Positions 1-10,088 of a stretch of DNA of 50,335 bases are shown one piece after another. The DNA comes from a virus. Taxonomy: Duplodnaviria; Caudoviricetes. The translations under genes were made by a program, and so were the position numbers. Position 1 is the first letter of the stretch; each line of letters starts with the position of its first letter. Location: positions 1-50,335 of the IMG/VR virus record IMGVR_UViG_3300030330_004809, one strand, 5' to 3'. Under the pieces are notes generated by a model. It searched no databases. It had not been told where the DNA came from and was given only the letters and a program-made list of their open reading frames with translations.

Positions 1-350
1 GTTATTGAAGCTGACAGGGGGTATTCTGCACCACTGACGGCATTGATAGAATCGCCATAATCAAAAGAATAATATTCACTTGTAGAGATACTTTTAAACG
101 TAGATAAAGAGCTATCCCTTTGAAGAAACGGAAAGATAAGCCCAGTATCTGTTGCGTTCCTATCAACGTTTAATTCATATACACTTATGTGTCCTACAGG
201 AACACCAGGGACACTGCCTGTAAATGCCCCCGCCATCTCAGACTTATTATTATAAAAAATCTGAGAGTTATAGATATCAAACCTGCAAGATGGATTTGTC
301 TTTAGTTGGTTAACGAATAGGTCGTTTCTTGTGAACCTATAAAAAGACAT
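1..350 (-). CDS. Partial putative virion structural protein (runs off the left edge of the window)
   Basis: Not in the ORF track. ATG at 350 follows GGAGGG. Frame MSFYRFTRNDLFVNQLKTNP...YPLSASIT is open to position 1. Co-oriented with the structural operon. Confidence 0.8.
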   Translation of the reverse strand, partial: MSFYRFTRNDLFVNQLKTNPSCRFDIYNSQIFYNNKSEMAGAFTGSVPGVPVGHISVYELNVDRNATDTGLIFPFLQRDSSLSTFKSISTSEYYSFDYGDSINAVSGAEYPLSASI

Positions 351-361
351 CCGAGCCCTCC

Positions 362-1522
362 TTAGTAATCTAGGCGGACTCGTAAAGTCAACTCGTTAGA
401 GGGATCCTTCTTAAGAGGCTCAGAGACCTTAGCCACGGCCAACAATTCATTGTCGGGCGAATATAGACCAACGCTAGTAATATAACTTATTGGATCATTG
501 CCCGCTGTCCCGTCCTTAACAACAATCTCGCTTGGGCCACCACTAGAAGTAGAAAGGTACGTGGGGTTAGCACTGTAGTTGAATTCTGTATTGTTGGCGC
601 GGCAGAAATAAATTGTTGAATTTAACTCAGTTGTATTGTTAAACTGGATGTTATAGATTCTGTTTCTTAGCTCATCTGCCATCACTTGAATCGTAGAAGC
701 TGTAATAGTACTAAACCCTGATGTAGTTCCAGTGGACACAATTTGCAAAGTGCCGGGTGCTGTGTTGTGTAAAATTCCCCCTTCAGCAGCGTCATTAAAT
801 ACAGAACCAGAAACAACAGCAACACCTGCCTGATAAAAGACAAGCCCACAAGCTGGATTTGTAGCAGCGTTACCAAGGGTTTCAACTTGAATGTTAGCAG
901 CCGAATCAATTGCAGAAGACGAAGCAAACAGAACACCATACTCACCGGCTGGCGAATTTACAAAATACCCGTCTGACCCCGATGTGTCCGTCAGCTTAAT
1001 TCTTTTATCAAATGCAGTGCCGTCCTGGGATCTGGAGCCCGATACGCCTAGCTCAAGCTCAAAGGTTCCCTTTTTAATTTCGTCTTTAGTCAAAATTCTA
1101 GAAAAGTTTATAAAGTAACACTCCTTAAGTTTAGTGCCACCAGCAATAATGTCGCCGTCTTCATCAAAAAGGCGAACAGAACCCGTTTCATCATAACCCA
1201 TAAGAACCTGGGCCATCTGGTTGTAGATGTTAATTTTCTTAGCATTTTGTGTGTTGCTTGCACCAGAGAGGGCAGACGTAGAAGCGTAACCAGCAGTAAT
1301 ATCAAAGATGTGGTTTGCTGACGAGCTTAGATGTGGATAATCAAACACGCTTTCGAACATTCCGTGTGAGTAAGTCTTGATATGAGGCTCGGAGCCAAGC
1401 GCTACAGCAGTGCCGCCATATGTTCCCGAAACAATAGATCCTGTAACAGGGATAGATTCATGCAACAACGTTCTTGTTGTCGTTACATCATTACTGCCTA
1501 AACTTTTAAATGTTGTTGCCAT
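362..1522 (-). CDS. Putative baseplate/tail-fibre attachment structural protein
   Basis: 386 aa, Ser/Thr/Gly-rich. C-terminal ITSVGLYSPDNELLAVAK..PLKK resembles the tail-fibre attachment (DUF3751-like) motif. Structural gene context. Confidence 0.6.
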   Translation of the reverse strand: MATTFKSLGSNDVTTTRTLLHESIPVTGSIVSGTYGGTAVALGSEPHIKTYSHGMFESVFDYPHLSSSANHIFDITAGYASTSALSGASNTQNAKKINIYNQMAQVLMGYDETGSVRLFDEDGDIIAGGTKLKECYFINFSRILTKDEIKKGTFELELGVSGSRSQDGTAFDKRIKLTDTSGSDGYFVNSPAGEYGVLFASSSAIDSAANIQVETLGNAATNPACGLVFYQAGVAVVSGSVFNDAAEGGILHNTAPGTLQIVSTGTTSGFSTITASTIQVMADELRNRIYNIQFNNTTELNSTIYFCRANNTEFNYSANPTYLSTSSGGPSEIVVKDGTAGNDPISYITSVGLYSPDNELLAVAKVSEPLKKDPSNELTLRVRLDY

Positions 1523-1533
1523 TAGTTTCCTTC

Positions 1534-2427
1534 CTATTGCTTCTTAATAAATCTAATTGGGATGTCGACACTGTAGCCAGTTGTAACACCAGTGACTCTA
1601 GCTATCGAGTCTATGTGATATACTGCTGTGCTTCCGACAGTTGACGTTCCACCAAGTCTTGTAAATAGTGTGTTACTACCATTTAACTCAAGCGATGCTC
1701 CAATTCTAAACTGTAGCCTAGTTCCTCTTGGTCCATTAATCGCAGAGTCGGCAGCATCTGTGCTAGTGATATTTGTAACATATCTTGAGTTTGACAAGGT
1801 AAGATAGTAGCTTGCCATCTGGGCTTCATTGACAAATGAAACACGCGCACGACGACCAGATGTACTATAAAGACTACCAAAACGGTTATCAATCTCAATC
1901 TGGTACCTCGTCTCAACCAAATCAGCATTCAGAGGCGACGTGGCCGGTGGACTTCCGTTTGTGCCAGTACCCTGGTCAACCACGATAGAGGTGCTGGAGA
2001 CAGAGGAGGGGGTCTCACCCCAAATTACGCCTGCTGTTGTGCCAACGGCTTCCTGAGTTGCGCTATCCACAGCGATAAGGAAAGCATTTGTTGTAGAGTC
2101 CCTAACGCTACCAAAATCGGCACTCTCAAACAATTCTAGGACAGGCATGTACAAAACATCATTTCTTGTTAATGTGACAAGTCGATGGTGCATAGAAGCT
2201 TCTGGATCTGTAAAGCCCTCTAGGACTGGGGTTTGTAGAATCTCAAGGTCGTAATACGCAGAGCCACTTGCATGTGTGGGGTCATATAGACGATAATTAA
2301 TTTCATCGTCACCCAAGGCAAACTTGGCAATCTTAAAACTGCCGTCTCCTCGTGCTAATCTTCTTCTGCCGGTGTCAGTCAGAACTGCATCGAGTATAAT
2401 ATCACCACTGTTGTCCAAAAACGCCAT
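1534..2427 (-). CDS. Conserved large-phage virion structural protein
   Basis: 297 aa. N-terminus MAFLDNSGDIILDAVLTDTGRRRLARG..FKIAKFALGDDEINY is a type I recognise from large-phage tail modules. GAGGA RBS and ACTATTTA motifs upstream. Confidence 0.65.
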   Translation of the reverse strand: MAFLDNSGDIILDAVLTDTGRRRLARGDGSFKIAKFALGDDEINYRLYDPTHASGSAYYDLEILQTPVLEGFTDPEASMHHRLVTLTRNDVLYMPVLELFESADFGSVRDSTTNAFLIAVDSATQEAVGTTAGVIWGETPSSVSSTSIVVDQGTGTNGSPPATSPLNADLVETRYQIEIDNRFGSLYSTSGRRARVSFVNEAQMASYYLTLSNSRYVTNITSTDAADSAINGPRGTRLQFRIGASLELNGSNTLFTRLGGTSTVGSTAVYHIDSIARVTGVTTGYSVDIPIRFIKKQ

Positions 2428-2447
2428 AGTCTTTCCTCTCTAACTAA

Positions 2448-2472
2448 TAAATAGTTTCACAAAATAAATAGT
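2448..2472 (-). promoter_or_regulatory. Two tandem ACTATTTA motifs, candidate late promoter
   Basis: taaatagt on + at 2448-2455 and 2465-2472. The first is 20 nt upstream of the ATG at 2427. Confidence 0.6.
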
Positions 2473-2507
2473 TTGATTTATAGTAAGATACAAATCTTAA
2501 ATAAATA

Positions 2508-5500
2508 CTAGGTTGTTGTCCTTTCGTCCTTCTTATCAAATGTTACATTCATATCAATTTTCTTGCCTGTCTTTTTGGATGTTAATCTAATCTTAAATGT
2601 CTTGCCCCAAATTGCCTCATCTCTGTTGCCCAGAGCAACCTCGCCCAGTGCAATGTCGTTTGGATCATCAAATCCTACCGTGTTTGCTGGTAGGTTTGGC
2701 GTGACTTGCTCTAACGCAGGGTAGACCTGGAGCATTTTCTTCATTGTTTTAGAAGCGACTTTGTTATTAATAATCGGAAGCTCGTATAGTCTCACCAGCG
2801 GGTATATTGCTCCACCATCATCTACTAACTCAATTTCATAAATAAATGTAGGGTTAGAAACATTACCATGAAAATCAACAGTCCTAAACGTATAATAATA
2901 TTTTATATTTGGCTGTAGTTTGTCAATATAGTCAGTTGACCTCGAACGTATAATTTTTTCTTCGTCATCTATGAGAGTAGAGACAGTAGCCCTCTTATTT
3001 CCATCAAAATCAGAATAACTGTTTGGTGGCATGTCTAGTCTAAATACTTCAAAGAATGCTGGGATATCATCCGATTTGAAGAGAAGATCTTCGCCGGACA
3101 AAGCTCCCTGCGCTTGGTAGTGTCTTTCAAAAAGCTCCTCGTCCTCTTGTGTTATAGGGATAGCGGGCATGTGCATCTCAGCTATTGTTGCATCAAACAT
3201 AAACAATAGTTCGTCATTCACAGCCCTATATGGTATAATCTCCACCTCTGGTGGCGGAGGAGGTTTTGATAAAACAGAAGTCACAAGAGTCGCATAAGGG
3301 ACTTCAACAATTCTAGTACATGGGAACATTTCTACTTGATATTGTGCTTTATATCCTCGCACTTCAACCAAAGGCACGCCAGCGCCTGCCAAAACATCGT
3401 CTAAACCGAGGTTCTGGCCATGGAAGGCGTCATCTAGCGATGTGGCACCCGGCACAAGTGCAGGAGCTGCTAGCATGCCATCACGAATAATAGCCGCTCC
3501 GCCTTCGCTTTCTAAACCAACAAACCTATTCAATCTCCAAGATGGCAAGTCTGTAACTTCTGGGCCCCCCTCAGGGTAGCCAAAATGCTCACCATTAAGG
3601 ACATGATGCGAAGGCGGTGTTTTTTGTGGCCGGTCATCTCTGTCTGGTTCAGGGCCAGGAGAGCCCGTGTCGTAGCCCATAAATAAACGAAACCAGTTCT
3701 CTAAAGAGAAGTCGGCTGGGTCGTATGCAGTTGGGTCAGGAGTATTTGTAGAAAAACCAATTCTTGCATCTGTTTCTACCCCTCTCAATATTGCGTCTAG
3801 TTGCTCATCGGCTAGACCACCAGTCATAGGCGTTTCTTCATTTATCCATGTATCATCCCAGTCTTGGCCCCACATTTCTTGCCAACTCAGGCCGGAGACT
3901 TCAGTACGAGCTACTGAAGTCTGTGGCTTAACAATCCAAGCTTGCGACATAATGTTTCTTATTTCAGTTAAGCTAAAAAATCTAGTGGTTTTGGGCGTCC
4001 ATGCTGGCCAGTCTAGCATAAATCCAGGAGGACCAGCTGGATAACCTCCGGTTATAGGATAAGTATCAGAATCCAAGTATGAGTTAAAAACTAGAAATGT
4101 ATCATAATCAGGCCCTAGGCCCCCATGGGACACAGCCTCAAGGCCTTCGCTATTTATATCGAGCGCTGCTTGCTGCCAAATATATATACCTGAGGGGTGT
4201 ATATCAAAAAGATTCTTGGCTCCGAACCAACTAAAGTTGTAGCCGACTAGCTGCTCTTCATTTTCAACAGCTATTTCAACAGAGTCCAGCGTCGGTGGCT
4301 CTAATTCTTTGTATCGATATCTTGTTCCAAAAACATACTTATAAGCATAAATATCATACGTATACTGTTCTCCATAACGGACTTGTGTGTCCACATATTC
4401 CATCAGGTCCTTGGCATTTGGAATCCAGATATCTTGTGCAGGAACATTCGCTGTGTTATCTCCCCTGTGCTTTTTAACTCTGTAGAACAAAGTTTGATTT
4501 TCCGAAGCTATGCCATCTTGGAATATTGCATTGTAAAGTCTGCCATCGGTGCTGAGTGAAAAACTTTCCCAACTGTCACTATCGTCGTGCAGAGCTAATT
4601 GATAATCGCTAACCGAATTGCTAAAATCCGCATCGATCAGGTGTGTTTCAAAATCTATGCTTAGCTCATGGGCATTAATATTTTCTTGTGATTTAGCATC
4701 TATAATAAGCTTGTTGTCAATTGCAAAAGAACCCTCAGAATTTATCTCTTCTAATGTGCCACTCTCAGCACTTTTTACTTCTTGGTCTATTCGTGAGACT
4801 GACTTATACCCTGGTCCTCTTTTTAGAATTGGAGATGCGTTTAGCGATGCTGTGTCACCACCATATGTTCGATATTGTTTAGAAATAAACTCGTATTCAC
4901 TCTCGAACTGGGGGTCCACAAGCAGTGACCGATCCAAGGAAGATATTATATGTGAGACCCATGAAGTAGATAAGTCATAACCTCCAATCCTATCCGCCAG
5001 TGGCTCCGCAGCAATGCCAGTTCCAATATCTTTGCCCTCCGATAGTAGAGCCAATTTTATACAGAATGGCATCTTCAGGCTTCTCTCGTTTAAGTCTTGT
5101 ATAGTAGCACTACGAGCACCAGCTATACCAGCGTCGTATGATGAATACGACTGGATTATATTCTTGCCTTGTGTTATAAGATTAGATGTTTGGCTAAAAT
5201 CAAGATCAGTGTAAGCGCTACTCCACTCCTTTAGAAATTGCTTATAAGGAATGCCTATAGAGTATTCATACTCATCTATGGTTGAAGAGGGATCTAGCAT
5301 GTCAGGATCAACGCCATTTTCCTGCAATGCGTCAAACAAGACTGGATTATTATAGAGGAGGGCGTGATTCACCACCTCATCGTATAAGCCAAGACTAACG
5401 TCTACTGCTCCTAGAGGGTCTACATCGTACTCTGAGAGCGAGACAGCGTAAAAGTTTGGTAGCACAGATTCTTGTATTGTTTTGGACAGCTGCTCATATT

Positions 5501-6053
5501 CTTCTACAAAAAAGTTATACTCTGCCGTAGCAGTGACATCATCATCAATTATCTCATAGTCAATACTTTCTTCATAGAAAAAATCTTCGACCCCATCAAC
5601 AATCGGGTTGCTGAAAAGGAGCTTCATGTCATCTGAGAATTTGGTCAGTGTTTGATAGTGTTCATCAGCACCAACAACGCTAATAGTGAGTGCCTTGGCT
5701 AACCGACCAGGTCTAGGTTCTATACCATACTCCCCAACACTTGAAGCATTGCCTACTTTCTTGATAGTCAGGTATCTTGCGTCTTCAAAAGAACTTGCAC
5801 CAAACAACTCTTGTGGGTCTATGGTGACGACTGTAGGCTCTGACAAACCGTCTCCGCCATCGACATCCGACAACAAGTAGCGTTCTGGTGCTCCTTCTTC
5901 GCCGCCTAGCGGCTCTCCGTAAGATAATATTGGTAATCCAGTTAGCGAATCAGTGGTTGAGTACCAATATTGGCCCATTAATTTTCTAAACGTATCCCTT
6001 GTAGTTGTCTTAAACGAATCAGGGCTTATGTATGTATATTTTTTAGTAGCCAC
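2508..6053 (-). CDS. Large acidic putative structural protein with fibronectin type III-like segments
   Basis: Start revised to GTG at 6053 (GAGGAGG upstream, overlaps the previous gene end). FN3-like strands YVDTQVRYGEQYTYDIYAY and YIDKLQPNIKYYYTFRTVDFHGNVSNP. Confidence 0.6.
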   Translation of the reverse strand: MATKKYTYISPDSFKTTTRDTFRKLMGQYWYSTTDSLTGLPILSYGEPLGGEEGAPERYLLSDVDGGDGLSEPTVVTIDPQELFGASSFEDARYLTIKKVGNASSVGEYGIEPRPGRLAKALTISVVGADEHYQTLTKFSDDMKLLFSNPIVDGVEDFFYEESIDYEIIDDDVTATAEYNFFVEEYEQLSKTIQESVLPNFYAVSLSEYDVDPLGAVDVSLGLYDEVVNHALLYNNPVLFDALQENGVDPDMLDPSSTIDEYEYSIGIPYKQFLKEWSSAYTDLDFSQTSNLITQGKNIIQSYSSYDAGIAGARSATIQDLNERSLKMPFCIKLALLSEGKDIGTGIAAEPLADRIGGYDLSTSWVSHIISSLDRSLLVDPQFESEYEFISKQYRTYGGDTASLNASPILKRGPGYKSVSRIDQEVKSAESGTLEEINSEGSFAIDNKLIIDAKSQENINAHELSIDFETHLIDADFSNSVSDYQLALHDDSDSWESFSLSTDGRLYNAIFQDGIASENQTLFYRVKKHRGDNTANVPAQDIWIPNAKDLMEYVDTQVRYGEQYTYDIYAYKYVFGTRYRYKELEPPTLDSVEIAVENEEQLVGYNFSWFGAKNLFDIHPSGIYIWQQAALDINSEGLEAVSHGGLGPDYDTFLVFNSYLDSDTYPITGGYPAGPPGFMLDWPAWTPKTTRFFSLTEIRNIMSQAWIVKPQTSVARTEVSGLSWQEMWGQDWDDTWINEETPMTGGLADEQLDAILRGVETDARIGFSTNTPDPTAYDPADFSLENWFRLFMGYDTGSPGPEPDRDDRPQKTPPSHHVLNGEHFGYPEGGPEVTDLPSWRLNRFVGLESEGGAAIIRDGMLAAPALVPGATSLDDAFHGQNLGLDDVLAGAGVPLVEVRGYKAQYQVEMFPCTRIVEVPYATLVTSVLSKPPPPPEVEIIPYRAVNDELLFMFDATIAEMHMPAIPITQEDEELFERHYQAQGALSGEDLLFKSDDIPAFFEVFRLDMPPNSYSDFDGNKRATVSTLIDDEEKIIRSRSTDYIDKLQPNIKYYYTFRTVDFHGNVSNPTFIYEIELVDDGGAIYPLVRLYELPIINNKVASKTMKKMLQVYPALEQVTPNLPANTVGFDDPNDIALGEVALGNRDEAIWGKTFKIRLTSKKTGKKIDMNVTFDKKDERTTT

Positions 6054-8943
6054 CTCTGCCTCCTCGCGGTGCCATGCCACCCTCGGTTGGGACTCCAACT
6101 AAGTATGTTTGCTCTTGCTCTGTTCTAACTATGGTCGGCGGAGAGTCAACGACCGGATCTCTAGATATTTCACCCTCCTCGGTTTGTGGTGCAAGCTGCT
6201 CAGCACCTGTGTTAAACGCTGTTTCCGGCACAGCCTCTGCGTTGTCTGGCAAATCCATAATAGATTCATCGTCACCCCCTTCCTGAACTTCTGGCTGCTC
6301 CTCAGGAGGCTCAGTTGCTGGGGGGTTATCTTGCAATGGTTCTTCTTGCTTTGGCTCTTCGCTATCAATGTCGCCAACAATTACAATTTCATTAAGAATA
6401 TCGCCTTGTGTCTCATCGTTGTCTGCCTCTATAATTACTAGATATGGCAGGTCAGACGAAAATGGGCCATCCACATATTCAACATCTAGGTCGCTGTTAA
6501 AGCCGGTCACATATTTGACCCCAACACTTTCCTCGTCAAAAACACTTGTTTGATCATCTTGCCCCACAAGGGATTCTAAAATTTCCAATGGGACTTTCTC
6601 TTCCAGATCATCAGTTTGCTCATCCCTACCAGATGGCTTAAGTGTTTCTTTAGAATTAAAGTTATCATTCTTGCCACCAGGCACAAACGTGGTCGTGTCT
6701 AGTTTGGTGTCGCCTCTTTCGCTTGTAACAACTTCAGGATCACAGGGATCTTCTTCCACAACCCTCATAGTTTGAATTGTAGCAGAACTGCCTCCTTGCC
6801 TGAGCAATGAACGCAGTGCATCATAAGTGCTAGTGCCTTGGTCAGGAACACCAGCGCCTCTACTGTTTGCCTCTCTGCGTGACTGTAGTAGTCTTAGCCT
6901 TGCTTCTTTCGCTGTTTCTTCATCTTCCAGGGGGTAGTCTTTTGCTGCTGTTTTAATCGATATTGGAGCTAAGGTTGAATATAGTTCTCTAAATGCTTGC
7001 ACATCACGCGCAGCTGGCATGCCAACACCTTTCCTAGACGCCTCAACAGCAAATCTCTCTCTAAGAGAACTGGCAGACACCGCAAGTGGCCCTGTGTAGT
7101 TATATGAAGTGTAATCACCAAAATAATCTAAGCCGTGCCCACCAACACTGTTAGCGTCATATGTGTTATCAAAAAAGTAGGTCATTGTTATCAAACCAGA
7201 GTCTGGGCTTCTGTTATGACTTGCAGAACTTCTAGCATCAGAATAGGTTTGTGCTTGCCGAGAATCATAAGAGGATAACTTCTGTATCAGCGCCTCCAGC
7301 AGCTTTAAGAATGCCTCAACCCCTTCTGTTGTTCTGGACGTTGGCCCAAGTATGGGATATAGCTTCCTAGAGTACAGTGTTATATCTACATCAGTCATTT
7401 CCCTGAGAGCTGAGAGATACATTTTGACGGCCCGTCGCCATGGGAATCTGCTAAATGAATTCGTGCCCTCTACTCGCCCACTAGATCCATATACGCTCCC
7501 CAGAAATTTGACGCCTTGATAGTCTATCTGCCCTCTTGGATTATAATACTGCTTGTTACTTATTGTGTTATAGTATTCGCTCAGAACGTGATGTGCTTTT
7601 CTAAGCCTTCTTACTTGTAGTTGCAAATGTTCTTCGGTGGGGTCTGTCATTGTTATTTCAACACCGTACCTATATTGCCCAGATTCAAATTCTTTTACTT
7701 GCGAATCATAAAAAGAGATTCCCCTAAGGTCACCTAGACCAGCTAAACTTTTTTCACTCACAGAACCAATATATTTTTCGATTGTTCCGTCCATGTTTTC
7801 ATCTACAAAATAATCACTTCGCAATAAAGAAGAGCCCACGCTTTGGTCTTCAGACCTAGCCACTATATCATGAGCATCAGATTGATCTACATAATCATAG
7901 TCATTTGCATTTTTTAGCTCAACCTTTTGCCTTACGATTTTCAAGTCTTCTATCTTGCTTCTTTTTAATAAATTATTTTTATTATTAGCTAAAAATAGAC
8001 TGTTAAACCTACTTTCATGCACTAAAGCTTTTTTCATATCAAATGCAAATAAGCCTCTTGCACCGCCCTCAGCATCACGACTAAGAAATAACTGTGTGAA
8101 CAATTTTACTGGGGTTCTGCTTATGGACAAATTTATAGTGTTTTGTATTTCTTGCAGTTCTCTAAAAATCCTGTAGTCTTGAATTTTTACATTATTGTGA
8201 ATCATTCTTTCGAGACTAGGGTGTCTCCGTGAAGTATGCACAGGCCCCGCCATCCACCCACCGCTGCTGTGATAGTGAACAGGACCAGACCACACTTCTC
8301 CGCTTGGCAAGTAGTAGCACGTTGCATCTTTTTTTGTTTGCCCACCATCTATGACACTTTCGATTGTTTTGTAGCCGACCTTGCCACCTGCCTCAGAATA
8401 TAAAAAGTATGTAAGGTGACTAGAATTTGCCTTGAAAGAAACTTCTAACGGCACAAGACACAACACATCGCTCATAGACTCTATTTCTTTCGCCCTGTAA
8501 TCAGATAAACTAATATTTTTAGGTATGCTAATCACTTGCTCGCTTACAAACGGTTTTAGAGCTTCCGGTAGTTCTTCCTCGATATATTGACTTTTCCTTC
8601 TCAGGTTTTTAGTAGCTAGCGGGTGCGTGCTTTGTACAACCCTTACAGTCATATTTACAGTTGTATCTTTGTTATGCCACCTGCTAGAGATAAGAAGTTC
8701 AGGGATAACCAGACTAATTTCGGCTTTATATGTTAAACCATCAACAAATTCTTTATTGTCTAAGCTTGTTTTACTTTGTTTTTTATTTTGACCGTATTTA
8801 TCTCTAACATAAGAGGGGTGATTATCAAAAAAGTAACTTCTATCTTCTCTACGAAAGACAGAGTCAGTCAGTTTAATTTTTTCCACAAAAACATATGGCA
8901 AGCCATATCCTATCATGCTCTGTATGTTCCGTGACCTAGACAT
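6043..8943 (-). CDS. Large hypothetical (putative structural) protein
   Basis: 966 aa. His-containing motif WSGPVHYH..GWMAGPVH and an acidic Pro-rich C-terminal tail. TAATG coupling with the upstream gene. Confidence 0.6.
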   Translation of the reverse strand: MSRSRNIQSMIGYGLPYVFVEKIKLTDSVFRREDRSYFFDNHPSYVRDKYGQNKKQSKTSLDNKEFVDGLTYKAEISLVIPELLISSRWHNKDTTVNMTVRVVQSTHPLATKNLRRKSQYIEEELPEALKPFVSEQVISIPKNISLSDYRAKEIESMSDVLCLVPLEVSFKANSSHLTYFLYSEAGGKVGYKTIESVIDGGQTKKDATCYYLPSGEVWSGPVHYHSSGGWMAGPVHTSRRHPSLERMIHNNVKIQDYRIFRELQEIQNTINLSISRTPVKLFTQLFLSRDAEGGARGLFAFDMKKALVHESRFNSLFLANNKNNLLKRSKIEDLKIVRQKVELKNANDYDYVDQSDAHDIVARSEDQSVGSSLLRSDYFVDENMDGTIEKYIGSVSEKSLAGLGDLRGISFYDSQVKEFESGQYRYGVEITMTDPTEEHLQLQVRRLRKAHHVLSEYYNTISNKQYYNPRGQIDYQGVKFLGSVYGSSGRVEGTNSFSRFPWRRAVKMYLSALREMTDVDITLYSRKLYPILGPTSRTTEGVEAFLKLLEALIQKLSSYDSRQAQTYSDARSSASHNRSPDSGLITMTYFFDNTYDANSVGGHGLDYFGDYTSYNYTGPLAVSASSLRERFAVEASRKGVGMPAARDVQAFRELYSTLAPISIKTAAKDYPLEDEETAKEARLRLLQSRREANSRGAGVPDQGTSTYDALRSLLRQGGSSATIQTMRVVEEDPCDPEVVTSERGDTKLDTTTFVPGGKNDNFNSKETLKPSGRDEQTDDLEEKVPLEILESLVGQDDQTSVFDEESVGVKYVTGFNSDLDVEYVDGPFSSDLPYLVIIEADNDETQGDILNEIVIVGDIDSEEPKQEEPLQDNPPATEPPEEQPEVQEGGDDESIMDLPDNAEAVPETAFNTGAEQLAPQTEEGEISRDPVVDSPPTIVRTEQEQTYLVGVPTEGGMAPRGGRGGY

Positions 8944-10088
8944 TAGTAAATTGTATCCTCACAAGGATCATCTGCATCAGACGGGTCCGGACAGTCAGCA
9001 GAAACTGCGTCCGTACTATAAATATCAACAAGAGCAATATTTTTAACGTCTTCGCACTCTATTTCTGTGTCTATATACAATCCTCGTGATTCTAGACTAT
9101 CAATTGACGAACAAATAAGCTGCTTATCTATCTGGCTATCAACTTTGATATTAAAGTAATATTCAACATACTCTTTTGTAAGTGGTTCTGTTGAAACTGG
9201 TATTTCACTGGAATCCAACAGGATCCCATCTTGTACTAGGCTATAAGATTTTCTAAACTTTAGCGGCCTTAACTTTTCAACTTTGTCATCCATCCCTGGG
9301 GCCTTTTCTTCCAAAACTTCAAATACCTCTATATCAAAATTTTCTTTTGTAAATTCAGTGTTTCTTTCTATAATCTGGGCTAAAATTATTTCCGGCCTAA
9401 CATCTAAATACTCGCCATTTGGATACTGGTAAGCTAGTTCAGTGTCCGAGATGAACCTTCGATCACTCTTAACATCAATCTTATAAGTCAGGGTTACATC
9501 TAATTGAGGAATGTGCATTGTAGGAGTCAGTGAACCAGTAACTGCCTTTGCTGATTCTTTAATCTCACCTCGGAGCATACTTACTGACCAAGCTGGTGCG
9601 TTAGTGTTTAATATATCTGATGTGCCAAGACAAGATTGCAAACCATACATTTTCCTATCGAAAAAATCATCACCTATAGTAACACCTAGCAAGCCCAAGC
9701 CAGGCTCCTGTACTACCTGGCTTCCGTACAAAGGCCCAGGCCCTGCTGGATCCACACTTGGGCCTGCACCGGCTGGCGGCTTACCGACAGACGCAGGCGA
9801 AGAATAACTTGCTATAAGGCCTTCAAAGGGATCTGGCATAGACCTGCGAATAAATATGTCTCTGTCAGAAAACACAACCTGTGATTCGAGTTGGGGTGTG
9901 TCCTCTTGTGTTCTGGGTTCGATGTTATTTTGTAAATCTGCGTACCCTGCGTATTGTGACTCATACAAAATGTTGTCATCGTAGAAAGAATAGTATTCTG
10001 GTTTAAATCGGCCTTGTGACAGAAGATACTCACCGTAAGGAGTCATCTTAATATCAAGAACTTGTTCTTTTTTATCTAAAAACTTCAT
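8943..10088 (-). CDS. Putative structural protein, N-terminus related to 1534-2427
   Basis: 381 aa. MKFLDKKEQVLDIKMTPYGEYLLSQGRFKPEYYSFYDDNILY aligns by eye with the N-terminus of the 297 aa protein. ATGA overlap. Confidence 0.6.
   Translation of the reverse strand: MKFLDKKEQVLDIKMTPYGEYLLSQGRFKPEYYSFYDDNILYESQYAGYADLQNNIEPRTQEDTPQLESQVVFSDRDIFIRRSMPDPFEGLIASYSSPASVGKPPAGAGPSVDPAGPGPLYGSQVVQEPGLGLLGVTIGDDFFDRKMYGLQSCLGTSDILNTNAPAWSVSMLRGEIKESAKAVTGSLTPTMHIPQLDVTLTYKIDVKSDRRFISDTELAYQYPNGEYLDVRPEIILAQIIERNTEFTKENFDIEVFEVLEEKAPGMDDKVEKLRPLKFRKSYSLVQDGILLDSSEIPVSTEPLTKEYVEYYFNIKVDSQIDKQLICSSIDSLESRGLYIDTEIECEDVKNIALVDIYSTDAVSADCPDPSDADDPCEDTIY

Noticed and set aside
2478-2500. Short AAGAT/ATCTT hairpin as a terminator
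   Set aside because: Weak AT-rich stem with no clear U-tract.
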